Shown: positions 12,771-25,086 of the stretch, one piece after another
How the letters are laid out: the number at the start of each line of letters is the position of its first letter
How positions within the stretch are numbered: the first letter of the stretch is position 1
NCBI RefSeq assembly: GCF_964213995.1
Contig: NW_027590170.1
Coordinates: forward strand, 124,001 to 188,000
Length of the DNA: 64,000 bases
Direction of reading: 5' to 3'
Origin: Mustelus asterias
Taxonomy: Eukaryota
Program-made: the position numbers and the translations under genes
Notes under the pieces: generated by a model
Told to the model about the DNA's origin: nothing
The model's input: the letters and a program-made list of their open reading frames with translations, nothing else
Databases searched by the model: none

Positions 12771-12940
12771 CTTAACTGTCTAATAGAAAGTGAGTCCAGG
12801 AATTGATAATGAAAAATAAGGAGCTGGGAGATGAATTGAACAAGTATTTTGCCTCGGTGTTCACAATAGAGGATACAGTTAAAACTCAGAAACAGCTGGA
12901 AATCAGAATTGCAATTAATTAATAATAATGAATAATAAAA

Positions 12941-13232
12941 TACAGTGTAGGAGGAGGCCATTCAGCCCATCGAGCCTGCACCGACAACAATCCCATCCAG
13001 GCCCTATCCACATATTTACCTGTTAATTCCCCGATACCAAGTGGCAATTTATCATGGCCAATCTGTCTAACCGGCACATCTTTGGACTGTGGAAGGAAAC
13101 CGGAACACCCGGAGGAAACCCACACAGACACGGGGAGAATGTAGAAACTCTGCACAGACAGCGACCTGAGGCTGGAATTGAACCCGGGTCCCTGGCGCTG
13201 TTAGGCAGCTGCACTAACCACTGTGCCACCGG
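12941..13232 (-). mobile_element. HE1-like V-SINE (CR1-type tail)
   Basis: Head, V-domain and GGCTGAATGGCCTCCT tail. Confidence 0.85.
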
Positions 13233-13285
13233 GCCACATGTCAGTGCCATCGCCCAACTCCAGCCCAGTCTCAGCTCATCTGGAA

Positions 13286-13535
13286 CCCTCACCCATTCCA
13301 TTGTGACATCACACCCTCACCCATTCCATTGTGACATCACACCCTCACCCATTCCATTGTGACGTCACACTCTCACCCATTCCATTGTGACGTCACACCC
13401 TCACCCATTCCATTGTGACATCACACCCTCACCCATTCCATTGTGATGTCACACTCTCACCCATTCCATTGTGACGTCACACTCCCACCCATTCCATTGT
13501 GACGTCACACTCTCACCCATTCCATTGTGACGTCA
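13286..13535. repeat. 28-bp minisatellite, 9 copies (CACCCTCACCCATTCCATTGTGACGTCA)
   Basis: TTGTGA recurs every 28 bp from 13301 to 13525. Five copies have TGACGTCA, three TGACATCA and one TGATGTCA. Confidence 0.95.
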
Positions 13536-13559
13536 GGGCTTCACTCTCCGATCACAATC

Positions 13560-14450
13560 CCTGCCGGCCTCCCACATGCAGCCTCAATGGCGGCAGTCAG
13601 CCCGGGTCTAACACTACAAGCTGCCGCTCCATTTGGTACAAAGCGGGGGAACCGGGAAGTTCATTTCCGGGGTTTGGGTTTGAACAACATGTTTACAAAG
13701 TCTCTCCACCCACCCGCTGGATTCATCGCTCCCCGCGCACCGCCCTCTACCTCGTATTGATCTCGCTTCCAAGATAAAACCGGCCGTCTGTCCGTCGCCA
13801 TTACCCGCACTGCGCATGCTTCAGGTCCCGCCCCTCATTCACTCCGATTGGTTGGAGGACCAGCCGCTCCCGCTCGGTCCTTCAGCCCCGCCCCCTCTTC
13901 CTATTGGTCCGGAGCTGCCGTCAATCAGTCCCCGGGCATTGTGATGTGGAGCATGCGCACTGTCATTGCTGTCCTTGGCGCTTGTTTGTCCCGGAGAAGC
14001 GGAGTCAGCGTTAGGCAGTGGCTGGGAGGATTTGGAAACACTTTGTGGATCCGCAAACCCTTCAGAATCATTGTCAGCTCCCTGGTTTGCAGCTGCGGGG
14101 CTTCTCCCTCCCTCCCTCCCTCCCGGGAACAGGCCCAGGTTAACGGCCCCATCCTGGCTCAGCCACTGGAGGATGGTTCACATCAGAGGATGGGGGAGGG
14201 GGACAATAAATAAGAGGTTACACTTTGGCCTCAAATCAATGAGGACTCTGATCTCTGGGAAGGAAGGAAGGAAACCCTGGGAGGTGGGCGGGGAGGATTC
14301 ACAAACACCCGCTGGAGGCCCCAACACCCCCAGTAAAAAGCTGCAGCTCCCGGGTTTGCAGCTTTTTCCCGGGAGGGAGTTGGGGAAGTTTTGTGGAGAC
14401 CATTCCCGGCTGGTTCAGTTCGTGGTTCCTGGAGCTCAGAAACCCTGAGT
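13560..14450. promoter_or_regulatory. CpG island, probable bidirectional promoter between divergent ZNF-B and ZNF-D
   Basis: NRF1-like TGCGCATGC (~13811) and GCATGCGCA (~13950), GC boxes CCGCCC, two ATTGG boxes (~13846, ~13903), high CpG density, and a candidate minus-strand donor CGAG|GTAGAG near 13750. Confidence 0.65.
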
Positions 14451-14576
14451 TAGAATCCTGAACCCCACACTGGGTGGTTGTTTTATTAAATACTTTTATT
14501 TATTAATCATCTGTTGAAGAAAATATTAATTTGTTTTGAAAAATCATTTTATAGAATTTGTGAATTTGTGAATTTG

Positions 14577-14899
14577 GGCGGCACGGTAGCACAGTGGTTA
14601 GCACTGCTGCTTCACAGCTCCAGGGTCCTGGGTTCGATTCCCGGCTCAGGTCACTGTCTGTGTGGAGTTTGCACATTCTCCTCGTGTCTGCGTGGGTTTC
14701 CTCCGGGTGCTCCGGTTTCCTCCCACAGTCCAAAGATGTGCGGGTTAGGTTGATTGGCCAGGTTAAAAATTGCCCCTGAGATTCGTAGGTTAGTGGGATT
14801 AGCGGGTAAAATATGTGGGGGTAGGGCCTGGGTGGGATTGTGGTCGGTGCAGACTCGATGGGCCGAATGGCCTCCTTCTGCACTGTAGGGTTTCTATGA
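14577..14899 (+). mobile_element. HE1-like V-SINE (CR1-type tail)
   Basis: Full head, V-domain and a tail ending TTCTATG. Confidence 0.9.
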
Positions 14900-14936
14900 A
14901 AATACCCATTAAAATAGCAATTCTCCCAAAGTATTT

Positions 14937-15261
14937 CATAGAATCCCTACAGTGCTGAAGGAAGTTATTAGGCCAAGTCTGCACCGACAACAATCCCACA
15001 AAGGCCCTATTCCAGTAACCCCACATATGTAACCTGCTAATCCCTCTGACCGACTCATCCCAGGACACTAAGGGGCAATTTAGCATAGCCAATGCACCTA
15101 ACTGGCACATCTTTGGATGATGGGAGGAAACCAGAGCATCTGGAGAAAACCCACGCAGACATGGGGAAAACGGGCAGACTCCACACGGAGAGTGACCCAT
15201 ATTGGGAATCGAACCCAGGTCCCTGGAGCTGTGAGGCAGCAGTGCTAACCACTGTGCCACC
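14937..15261 (-). mobile_element. HE1-like V-SINE (CR1-type tail)
   Basis: Inverted copy lying tail-to-tail with 14577-14899. Confidence 0.9.
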
Positions 15262-15887
15262 TGCATTGCTGATGAGAATTTTAATTCACTGACTTGGGAA
15301 TTAATTCTCGGGAATAGTCATTCTGAAAATGACCATTAAAATGTGTTTTAATTTACCCCATAATGCCAGATTTCAGTTCACATTTCAAAATTGAATTGAG
15401 AATGTCTGGGAGCAAATGGTAAAATGAGGTTTGAGACACCAGCTGCAATTATTTTCTGTGACTGATGATACCTTTGTGCCTGTGCAGGAGGTAATTCCCC
15501 TGATGCTGTGGCACAAATAAAATGGAGCCTTTCCTAGGAACAGGCCCATGTTAATGGTCACGGTGGTGTTTCATTGGTGAGCAGAGCACGTGTGCCCATT
15601 GTGTTAACAACAGAGTCAGTGGGGCTGCACGTCCCCTGACTTGGAAGGAAAATAATTGACTCCTTGATTGTACTCTCAATCTGCACATGGTCTGGAGGAC
15701 TGAATCCAGCTGGAGGGAGAGGGAGCTGGGCTCAGAGTGGAGATGGGGCAATGAGTTTGATTTCAGCTCAGGGACAAGAGAGAGTGTGTGGGATGGGGAT
15801 TACAGCTCAAGATAAATGAGATGGAGAAATGTTTTGTGGAAACTGAAATTGTCAGTTCTGAAGTACTTTTTAAAACTCTTTTTGCAG

Positions 15888-16586
15888 GGAACTAGAAGAG
15901 GATTCACAGACATTCGATTCATCATGACCTGCTTTTGACAGTGATTGCTTATGATTGATTTTGACAGTGGAGGGAGAAATAGTTCCCTGTTTTGTCAGTG
16001 GAAGAAAATTTCAAAATTCAATGTGACAGAAAAAGAACTGAGACACACACACCCAAGTGAGAGTGCTCCAGTGAACTGACTGTGAATAGAGCTTTAACCA
16101 GTTACACAGCCTGAAAAACATCACACCATTCACAGTGGAGAGAAACCATACACATGGTCTGTATGTGGATGAGGCTTCAACTAATCATCCAACCTGGAGA
16201 GACAGAAGGACACCAGCACCATGGACAAACCGTGAAAATGTGAGGATTGTGGTAAAGGATTCAATTATCCATTCCGGTTGGAAACCCATTGACATGGTCA
16301 CATTGGGGCTGGGAAAATGGAGAAACCATGGAAATGTGATGATTGTGGTAAAGAATTCAATTATCCATACTTGCTGGAAAACCATAGATACAGTCACATT
16401 GGAGAGAGGCCATTCATCTGTTCTGTGTGTGGGAAAGGATTCACTACCTCACCCCACCTGCTGTTACACCAGCGAATTCACACTGAGGATGAAAATTCTC
16501 CTTTTCTTTGCAGGGAAAGGATCGCTGGGTATAAATGTAAGGTGCTTCTCGCAACTATAACTGAGCCGTATTATGAACTCAACTGA
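15888..16586 (+). pseudogene. Degenerate C2H2 zinc-finger gene ZNF-D (2 intact fingers)
   Basis: Acceptor TTTTGCAG| at 15887. A broken first-finger copy (MDKP*KCEDC) precedes ORF 16317-16586, [24 protein letters not shown]. Confidence 0.7.
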
Positions 16587-17334
16587 TTATCTTCAATTGA
16601 TTCTGAGTGCAGCTATTGGCACACTCAGGATTGTTCAGCAAGTGCTGCCCAACCTGTAATCACAGTTAACATTGTATTTTTGGTTTTGTGAGTGTGAGCT
16701 GCTGAAAAAAATAACGACATATTATGAGAAATCGAGGAACATGCTGTTTTATTCTATCAGCCACTCACTGGGATGTACAGCCTTGTACCCGGCACTGCAC
16801 TGGCAAAGATATTCATACGCAGTCTTGCTCATTTGTGTGGGAGGCTGAATGCCTTTTTGGTGCTGGCAGCTAATTAGTGGAAAGTATTACTCGTGTAACC
16901 ACAACATAGTTGCAGAATGAAACAGATTAGTGTTCACTCTGTATTGTGCAGCCTTGTGATTGTGCTAAAGGCCATCACTTTCAGATCTGAAAAGTGCCTG
17001 GGTCAAGGTCAAATTACCCCAGAAAGGGACATTTTCTCTCAAATCTGAAGCAACAGGTGAAGCAAATCATTTCACACTGAAATACATCTTCAACGTTGCG
17101 GTAGTTTGTTCAGTTACACACTTGGTGGTCACGTGACTCTGGTTGCAGCATTCCTGAGCCTCATTGGAGGGATTCCTCACATGAGCCGAGTTTGAGGAGA
17201 GTATCTCTGGCCTCGAGTGATGCAGTCGCTGAATCTATTCCTGGAAAAAAACACATTTGGAATATTGTGATAATGCTGTCTGAATCCATCAGGACAATTT
17301 TGTATTCAAGTGGGGTGGGGGGGTGGGGGGGGGG

Positions 17335-17600
17335 GTTAATGTTCACTGTTTTATATTCGGGTCTGGGGGGGATAATGTTCACTGTTTTATATTCGGGTCT
17401 TGGGGGGGATAATGTTCATTGTTTTATATTTGGGTCTGGGGCAATAATGTTGCTTTATATTTGGGTCTGGGGGATAATGTTCACTGTTTTATATTCGGGT
17501 CTGGGGATGAATGTTCACTGTTTTATATTCAGTTCTGGAGGGAGAATGTTCACCGCTTTATATTTGGGTCTGGGGGATAATGTTCACTGTCTGGGGTTTG
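17335..17600. repeat. ~34-37 bp minisatellite, ~7-8 copies (ATAATGTTCACTGTTTTATATTCGGGTCTGGGGG)
   Basis: Tandem units are directly visible and abut the 5' end of a truncated CR1. Confidence 0.9.
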
Positions 17601-18488
17601 TTCGATAGCGATGAGGACCATCAGAGGATTCAGCAGGATATAGATCAGTTGGAGACTTGGGCGGAGAGATGGCAGATGGAGTTTAATCCGGACAAATGTG
17701 AGGTAATGCATTTTGGAAGGTCTAATACAGATAGGAAATATGCAGTAAATGGCAGAACCCATAGGAGTATTGATAGGCAAAGGGATCTGGGTGTACAGGT
17801 ACACAGGTCACTGAAAGTGGAAATACAGGTGGAGAAGGTCATCAAGAAGACATACGACATGCTTGCCTTCATCGGCCAGGGTATTGAGTTTAAAAATTGG
17901 CAAGTCATGTTGCAGATTTATAGAACCTTAGTTAGGCCGCACTTAGAATATAGTGTTTAATTCTGGTCGCCACACTTCCAGAAGGATGTGGAGGCTTTGC
18001 AGAGGGTACAGAAAAGATTGACCAGGATGTTGCCTGGTATGGAGGACATTAGCTATGAGGAGAGGTTGGAAAAACTTGGTTTGTTCTCACTGGAGCGACG
18101 GAGGTTGAGGGGAGACCTGATAGAAGTCTACAAGATTATGAGAGGCATGGACAGAGTGGATAGTCAGAAGCTTTTTCCCAGAGTGGAAGTGTCAATTACT
18201 CAGGGGAATAGGTTTAAGGTGCGAGGGGTAAAGTTTAAAAGAGATGTACGAGGCAGACTTTTTACACAGAGAGTGGTGGGTGCCTGGAACTCATTGCTGG
18301 GGGAGGTAGTGGAAGCAGATACGGTAGTGACTTTTAAGGGGCGTCTTGAAAAGTACATGAATGAGATGGGAATAGAGGGATAGGGTCCCCAGAAGGGTAG
18401 GGGGTTTTAGTTCAGTCGGGCAGTATGGTCGGTGCAGGCTTGGAGGGCCGAAGGGTCTGTTCCTGTGCTGTAATTTTCTTTGTTCTTC
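17600..18488 (+). mobile_element. 5'-truncated CR1 LINE
   Basis: WQMEFNPDKCEVMHFGR..RPHLEYSV*; RRLRGDLIEVYKIMRG; CR1 3' UTR. Confidence 0.9.
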
Positions 18489-18989
18489 GTACACAGGCTA
18501 ATTTATTTTTCTAGGGGTGAGTGTGCCTGAAAGGTATGCAACTGGAAAACATTTTCCATTCACCTGCTGCATAGCTGCAGTATATAGATAGTGTTCTCAC
18601 TCTGCCAGCAGGGCTGTGGGTTTAATTGGATAGATCTTAAAGACAGCCCGACTGGGCAGGATGAGCCAAATGGTTTCCATCTGTGATGTATCATTCTATA
18701 AAACAGAATATTCAGCATCGGGAGAAAGAAAGTGAAAGAAACTAGTCTCTGTGGGATTGAGCCAACCAGTGTAAGTACCTTCAGGGGAGCAGAGAGGGAA
18801 ACTAGTGGGAAAACGTTTAAAAACTCGGGGTATTCCCACAGGAGAGCACTGGTTTAAATCAATTTTAGAAGTAGAGAATATCAGCGCACAAATTCCGAGG
18901 AATGCATTTTTAAAAATTGATTGATCTTAATTGCACAAGATAATATTCTATTATCGTCTTTGACAATGACGTCGTTAATTCCCAGGTGC

Positions 18990-19420
18990 CCCTGCGGGTT
19001 TGAAAGTGTCCTATTCATTCCACAGGAGCCTAATGCGCAGGCGCAGTGTTATATCTGGAGCGTGCGCAGTGTCACTTTGCTCGGAGTCTTGCGAGTCCGG
19101 GAGTTGGCACGTTTTTCTGCGGGTGAGTCGGTGGGGTTGCGGGAGAAATGGAGCCGGGAGTCGGGGTAGGGAGGGAGCTATGGCTTCCAAACATCCGCTG
19201 TAGGCTGCAAGACCCGAATAAGACCCTGCAGGTCCCGGGTTTACAGCTCCCAGGCTTTTATCCCGGGAACAGGCCCCAGTTGTCGGCCGCCATCTTGTTT
19301 CAGCGGAGACGGAGGGCGCATGCGCTGCTGTCTGACGGGTCATAATGGGCGTGGTTTCAGGGGCAGGTTCAGAACCTCTATCTTCAGAGGGACAATAGGT
19401 GGCAGGGCGCATGCGCAGCT
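18990..19420 (+). promoter_or_regulatory. CpG-island promoter and non-coding exon 1, probably of ZNF-C
   Basis: Donor CGG|GTGAGT after 19122, YY1 GCCGCCATCTT (~19287), NRF1 GCGCATGCGC (~19317, ~19407). Inverted paralog of 190-560. Confidence 0.6.
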
Positions 19421-19751
19421 ATCCAAGAACATCGGAATAAGAATTCGGAACAGGAGCCCGTCATTCGGCCCATCGAGCCTGCTGCATCAGTCAATAAGAT
19501 CATGTCTACTTTGCTCCCCCACCCCGTCCATACCCTTGACTTTCTTGTGGATCAAAACCTCAGCTTTGAATATATTCAATGACCTGCCTCCAATCCTCAC
19601 TGGTGAAGACAGAGTTCCAAAGATCAACAACCCGCTGAGAGAAAAGATCTCTCTTCATCTTAAATTTGAGATCCTTTATTTTTACTTGATTTCCACACCA
19701 GAGGAAACATCCTCTCAGCATCTACCTTGTCAAGCACCTTATATCATATGA

Positions 19752-20066
19752 ATCATAGAATCCCTACAGTGCAGAAGGAGGCCATTCGGCCCATCGAGTC
19801 TGTACCGATCACAATCCCACCCAGGCCCCATCCCCACAACCCCATGCATTTACCCTGTTAATCCCCCTGACACTAGGGTCAATTTAGCATAGCCAATCCA
19901 CCTAACCCGCACATCTTTGGACTGTGGGAGGAAACCAGAGCACCCGGAGGAAACCCATGCAGACATGGGGAGAATGTGCAAACTCCACACAGACAGTGAC
20001 CCAAGGCCGGAATTGAACCTGGGACCCTGGCACTGTGAGGCAGCAGTGCTAGCCACCGTGTCGCCC
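19752..20066 (-). mobile_element. HE1-like V-SINE (CR1-type tail)
   Basis: Head, V-domain and TTCTATG tail. Confidence 0.9.
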
Positions 20067-20611
20067 TTAAATTCCCAGATGTTTCATTAAGATTACTTCT
20101 CAGTCTTCAAAACTCCAAAGAGTACAGGTCCAAGCTGCTCAACCTGAAAGCTAAAACTCCTCATTTCAGGAATCAACCAACTGGATCTTCCCTGAACTGC
20201 CTCCACTGCAATTTTGTCCCAGCTAAAGTAATTCTGTGCCAGGTTAAAGGAGGAGTGAATGTTTTGAATCTCTTTCCTGGACAGATGCTGATGGATTTTG
20301 GAAACTCCTTTTACAGGGGGTTAGAAGGGAAGGATTTACACACAGCAAACTCAGACCAAAAGAAATGTTTGTCTGTCTTGAATTTCTAACCTTGAATTAC
20401 ACCGATAACTTTCCTCATTTACAGGGACAAGATTTGAAGATTGCAACATTTTTCCCGGACACCAATCTCTCTGAGATCTTTTCAGCTGCAGCAGATTTTA
20501 AAATGTGAAAACAGTGAAATTGTTTTGGGGTGAGTGTTAGTGAGCATTAATTTAAATTTAGAGCATGCTCTGATTCCATGGATCTCGGGCTATTATGACT
20601 CCTTCCCCATG

Positions 20612-20890
20612 GATGGGGAGGTAATGGTACAGCGATAGTGTCATTGGATTAATAATACAGGGATCCAGGGCAATGCACTGTGAACCCTGGGTTCGAATCT
20701 CACGTTGGCAAATGTTGAAATTTGAATTCAGTAAAAATCGAGAATTAGAAGTCCATTGATGACAATTGTTGTAAAAATCCATCTGATTTAATAATGTCCT
20801 TTAAAGAAGGAAATTACCACATCCCCCAGCAATGCAAACCACTCAGTTCAAGGGCAATGAGTTATGGGCAATAGATGGTGACGCAGCCAA
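20612..20890 (+). mobile_element. Old DeuSINE-type (SacSINE1-like) element
   Basis: GGGTTCGAATC B-box, then AAATTTGAATTC and AAAATCCATCTG..AATGTCCTTTA..GAAGGAAAT. Related copy at 61078-61415. Confidence 0.5.
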
Positions 20891-21028
20891 CACATAGAGT
20901 CATAGAGCAATACAGCACGGAAACAGGCCCTTGGGCCCAACTGATCCATGCCAACCATGGTGCCCTCCCAGCTTGTCCCAATTGCCCATGTTTGGCTCAT
21001 ATCCCTCTCATCCTTTCCAATTCATGTA

Positions 21029-22058
21029 CATAAGAACATAAGAAATAGGAGCAGGATTAGGCCATCTAGCCCCTCGAGCCTGCCCCGCCATTCAATAAGA
21101 TCATGGCTGATCTGAAGTGGATCAGCTCCACGTACCCGCCTGATCCCCATAACCCCTAATTCCCTTACCGATCAGGAGTCCATCTATCCATGATTTAAAC
21201 ATATTCAACGAGGTATCCACCACTTCAGTGGGCAGAGAATTCCAGAGATTCACCACCCTCTGAGAGAAGAAGTTCCTCCTCAACTCTGTCCTAAACTGAC
21301 CCCCCTTTATTTTGAGGCTGTGCCCTCTAGTTCTAGTTTCCTTTCTAAGTGGAAAGAATCTCTCCATCTCTACCCTATCCAGCCCCTTCATTATCTTATA
21401 GGTCTCAATAAGATCCCCCCTCAGCCTTCTAAATTCCAACGAATATCAACCCAATCTGCTCAGTCTCTCCTCATAATCAACACCCCTCATCTCTAGTATC
21501 ATCCTGGTGAACCTTCTCTGCACTCCCTCCAAGGCCAATATATCCTTCCACGAATAAGGGGACCAATACTGCACACAGTATTCCAGCTGTGGCCTCACCA
21601 ATGCCCTGTACAGATGCAGCAAGACATCTCTGCTTTTATATTCTATCCCCCTCGCGATATAGGCCAACATCCCATTTGCCTTCTTGATCACCTGTTGCAC
21701 CTGCAGACTGGGTCTTTGGGTCTCATGCACAAGGACCCCCAGGTCCCTCTGCACAGCAGCATGTTGTAATTTCTTTCCATTTAGATAATAATCCAATTTG
21801 CTATTATTTCTTCCAAAGTGAATAACCTCCCATTTGTTAACATTATACTCCATCTGCCAGATCCTCGCCCACTCACTCAGCCTGTCCAAATCTCTCTGCA
21901 GACCTTCTACGCCCTCCAAATGATTCACTTTTCCACTTATCTTTGTGTCGTCTGCAAACTTTGTTACCCTACACTCAGTCCCCTCCTCCAGATCGTCTAT
22001 ATAAATGGTAAATAGTTGAGGCCCCAGTACCGATCCCTGCGGCACGCCACTCGTTACC
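21029..22058 (-). mobile_element. Young 5'-truncated CR1 nested inside an older CR1
   Basis: VTSGVPQGSVLGPQLFTIYIDDL..KFADDTK and a (TTCTTATG)n tail. Close to 54368-56850. Host fragments at ~20893-21028 and 22060-22730. Confidence 0.9.
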
Positions 22059-22059
22059 A

Positions 22060-23180
22060 TGCACTTCTCCAAATGCTTTTTAAATGTTTAAACCTGCTGT
22101 TTGAACCTGCCTCAACCACTTTCTCTGGCAGCTCATTCCATGTACACATCACCCTCTGCATGAAGACGTTGCCCCTCTGGTCCCTTTTAATCTTTCCCCT
22201 CTCACCTTAAACCTATGCCCTCGAGTTTTCAATTCCCCGACCCTGGCAAAAAGACAATGTGGGTTCATCCAATCTATGCCCCTCATTATTTAATACACCT
22301 CAATATGGTCACCCCCATATTCTCCTACGTTCGAAGGAATAAAGCCCTCACCTGTTCAACCTCTCGCGATCACTCAGGCCCATTAGTCCCGGCAACATCC
22401 TCATAAATCTTCTTTTCACTCTTTCCAGTTTATCAATGTTTTTCCTATAACAGGGTTACAAAAACTGTACACAATACTCCAAGTGCAGCCTCACCAACGA
22501 CTTATACAACTATAACATAATGTCCCAACTCCTATACTCAGTGCCCTGACTGATGAAGGCCAGTGTGCTAAATGCCTTCTTCACCACTCTGTCTACCTGT
22601 GCCGCCACTTTCAACAAACTATGTCCTTGTACTCCTGGGTTCCTCTGTTCCTCAACACTCCCCAGGGCCTTACCATTTACTGTGTAAGTCCTACCCTGGT
22701 TTGACTTTCCAAAATGCAACACTCACACTTAAGACCATAAGACATAGGAGCAGAATTAGGCCACTTGTCCCGTCAGGTCTGCTCCGCCAACCAATCATGG
22801 CTGATATTTTTTTCATCCCCATTCTCCTGCCTTCTTCCCATCACCCCTGATCCCCTTATTAATCAAGAACCTATCTATCTCTGTCTTAAAGATAGTCAGT
22901 GACCTGGCCTCCACAGCCTTCTGCAGCAAAGAGTTCCACAAATCCACCACTCTCTGGCTGAAGAAATTCCTCCTTATCTCTGTTTTAAAGGATCGTCCCT
23001 TTAGCCTGAGGTTGTGCCTCTGTACTCTGTATTATCTGTACTGAAATCCATTTGCCAATCATCAGCCCACTTCCCTAACCGATCAACTGATCAAGATCTC
23101 CCTGTAATTTTTGATAACCTTCTTCACTATCAGCAATACCTCCTAATTTAGTATCGTCTGCAAACTTGCCAACCATGCTT
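22060..23180 (-). mobile_element. Older CR1 fragments (host element, with another CR1 3' end at ~22730-23020)
   Basis: MLHFGKSNQGRTYTVNG..QVDRVVKKAF. Confidence 0.75.
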
Positions 23181-25086
23181 TTTATGAATTTTTAAACGGC
23201 CATTCATTTCTCTGTTTGACCTCTGCCCTCCCTGATCAGCTCTCTGCCATTGTCTACCTTCCTCTGCCTCTAATAATGGGTGTATTTTAACTATTATTTC
23301 CGCAAGCTATGTCTTGATGAGGTTTTTCCCACTTCACAACTCTGTTCACTGCTGATTTACCATTTTAGAAAGGAATTGTTTCTCTTCCACTGGAGATCAT
23401 TTCCCTTCCACTTCTGAGCTTATATTGACCAACAAAATCTGATACATTTTTATTCCCTGTAATTCATTCTGCCCACCCTGAAACGTTAATCTTCTTTCTG
23501 TCTAAAAGGACGGTCTCTTTCCTCATGTTCACAATTAAAGGGCAGGAGATGGCTGACATTTAAGGGGACAGTAAATTAATATAGGACAGAGATATGTCCA
23601 GTGTTATTATATGGTACCCAGATTAGATAATTATGTTGCTGTATAAAATATATTTATTATTATTTCTTGCATTGTAATATAATCCTGTAGCGATGTTATA
23701 CATTTCCAGTCATAAAGTCATTACAGCACAGAAAGAATCCATTTGGTAACTCGAGTCCATGCTGACTCTCTGTATAACATTCCAGTCCCATTCCCACTCT
23801 ATATCCCATTCTCCTGAAAGTTTATTTCCTTCAAGTGCCCATCCACTTTCCTTTTTAAATAGGATCCATAGATATGGATGGAGATTTACAACTTTTTGGG
23901 AATGAAGTAGGAAAGAATGTTCCATAGAAACTAGAATTGTCTGCTCTGAATTTCTATCCTATACTGACTGTGATGACTTTTGCAAACTTATTTCACAGGA
24001 TTTTGAATGAGGAATCACAGGCAGAAATCTCAACCGTTCTGAATATCTTGTAATATGGAACTGTAGCTACGTTATATATTTCCAGACGTCTCTGCCCTCA
24101 GAGGGCTGTTGGTCTTTTGGATTTCTGTTCCACAGGGACCAGTGGAGGCTGAGGATCATTGAATATATTCCAGTTAGACAGATCTTTGACTGACAAGGGT
24201 GTCAAGGGTTATGGGGAACAGACAAGAAGATGGAGAAAAAGCTAATATGTGAGGGGATTTCTTCACTCAAGGATGTGGTAAAGCTTTGGAATTCTCAACC
24301 CCTGAGGACAGTGAAGCCTCAGTCATCAACTATTTTCAAGAGAGAGATTGATTGGTTTCTAGATATTGAAGATATCAAGGGATATGGGTTTAGTGTGGGG
24401 AGAATGATGCTGAGGTAGATGAACAAATTATCTCATTGAATAGTTTAAAAGGCTCGATGGGCCAAATGGCCGACTGCAGCTCCTATTTGTTATGGTCTCT
24501 GTGTCCAGGACAGGAAGCAGTGAGCATGGATCTGTCAATCAGCCTCAATCAGCACCTTCAGGAGAATTGGGAGGGTGAATATTAGATACAGCAGAGTGAG
24601 AATGGAGGGAGAGTGTGTGGGATGGAGATTTACAGCTTTTTGGGACTGAAATAGGAAAGAATGTTCCATAGAAACGAGAATTGTCTGTTCTGAATTTCTA
24701 TCCTGTACTGACACTGATGACTTTTGTAAACTTGTTTTACAGGATATTGAAAGAGGAATCACAGACCGAAATCTCAAACGTCACGTCAGATCTGACAGAG
24801 TCATATTCCATGGGAGTTGAATATCATCGGCCTTTGAATCTAGAAGGAGAAATGATTGTCCGGTCTCTTGATTTGAAAAGATTTGAAATGTCAGTGTGAC
24901 TGGAAAAGCACCAACACACTGCCACACTCGAGTGAGAGTGTTCCAATGCACTGACTAAAGAGCTTTAACCAGTTACACAGCCTGAATAAATATCACACCA
25001 TTCACAGCGGGGAGAGACTGTACACGTGTTCTGTGTGAGGCTTCAACTGATTGTCCACCCAAGAGAGAGGCAAGGACACCTGCACC

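Noticed and set aside
13286-13535. CRISPR-like appearance of the 28-bp palindromic repeat
   Set aside because: The units are contiguous with no unique spacers, there are no cas genes, and the DNA is vertebrate.
14577-14650. tRNA-like A/B boxes at SINE starts
   Set aside because: They are SINE heads followed by the V-domain, not tRNA genes.
14503-15292. Recurrent ORFs such as MVSTAASQLQGPGFDS and CLRGFPPGAPVSSHSPK
   Set aside because: These are translations of V-SINE copies.
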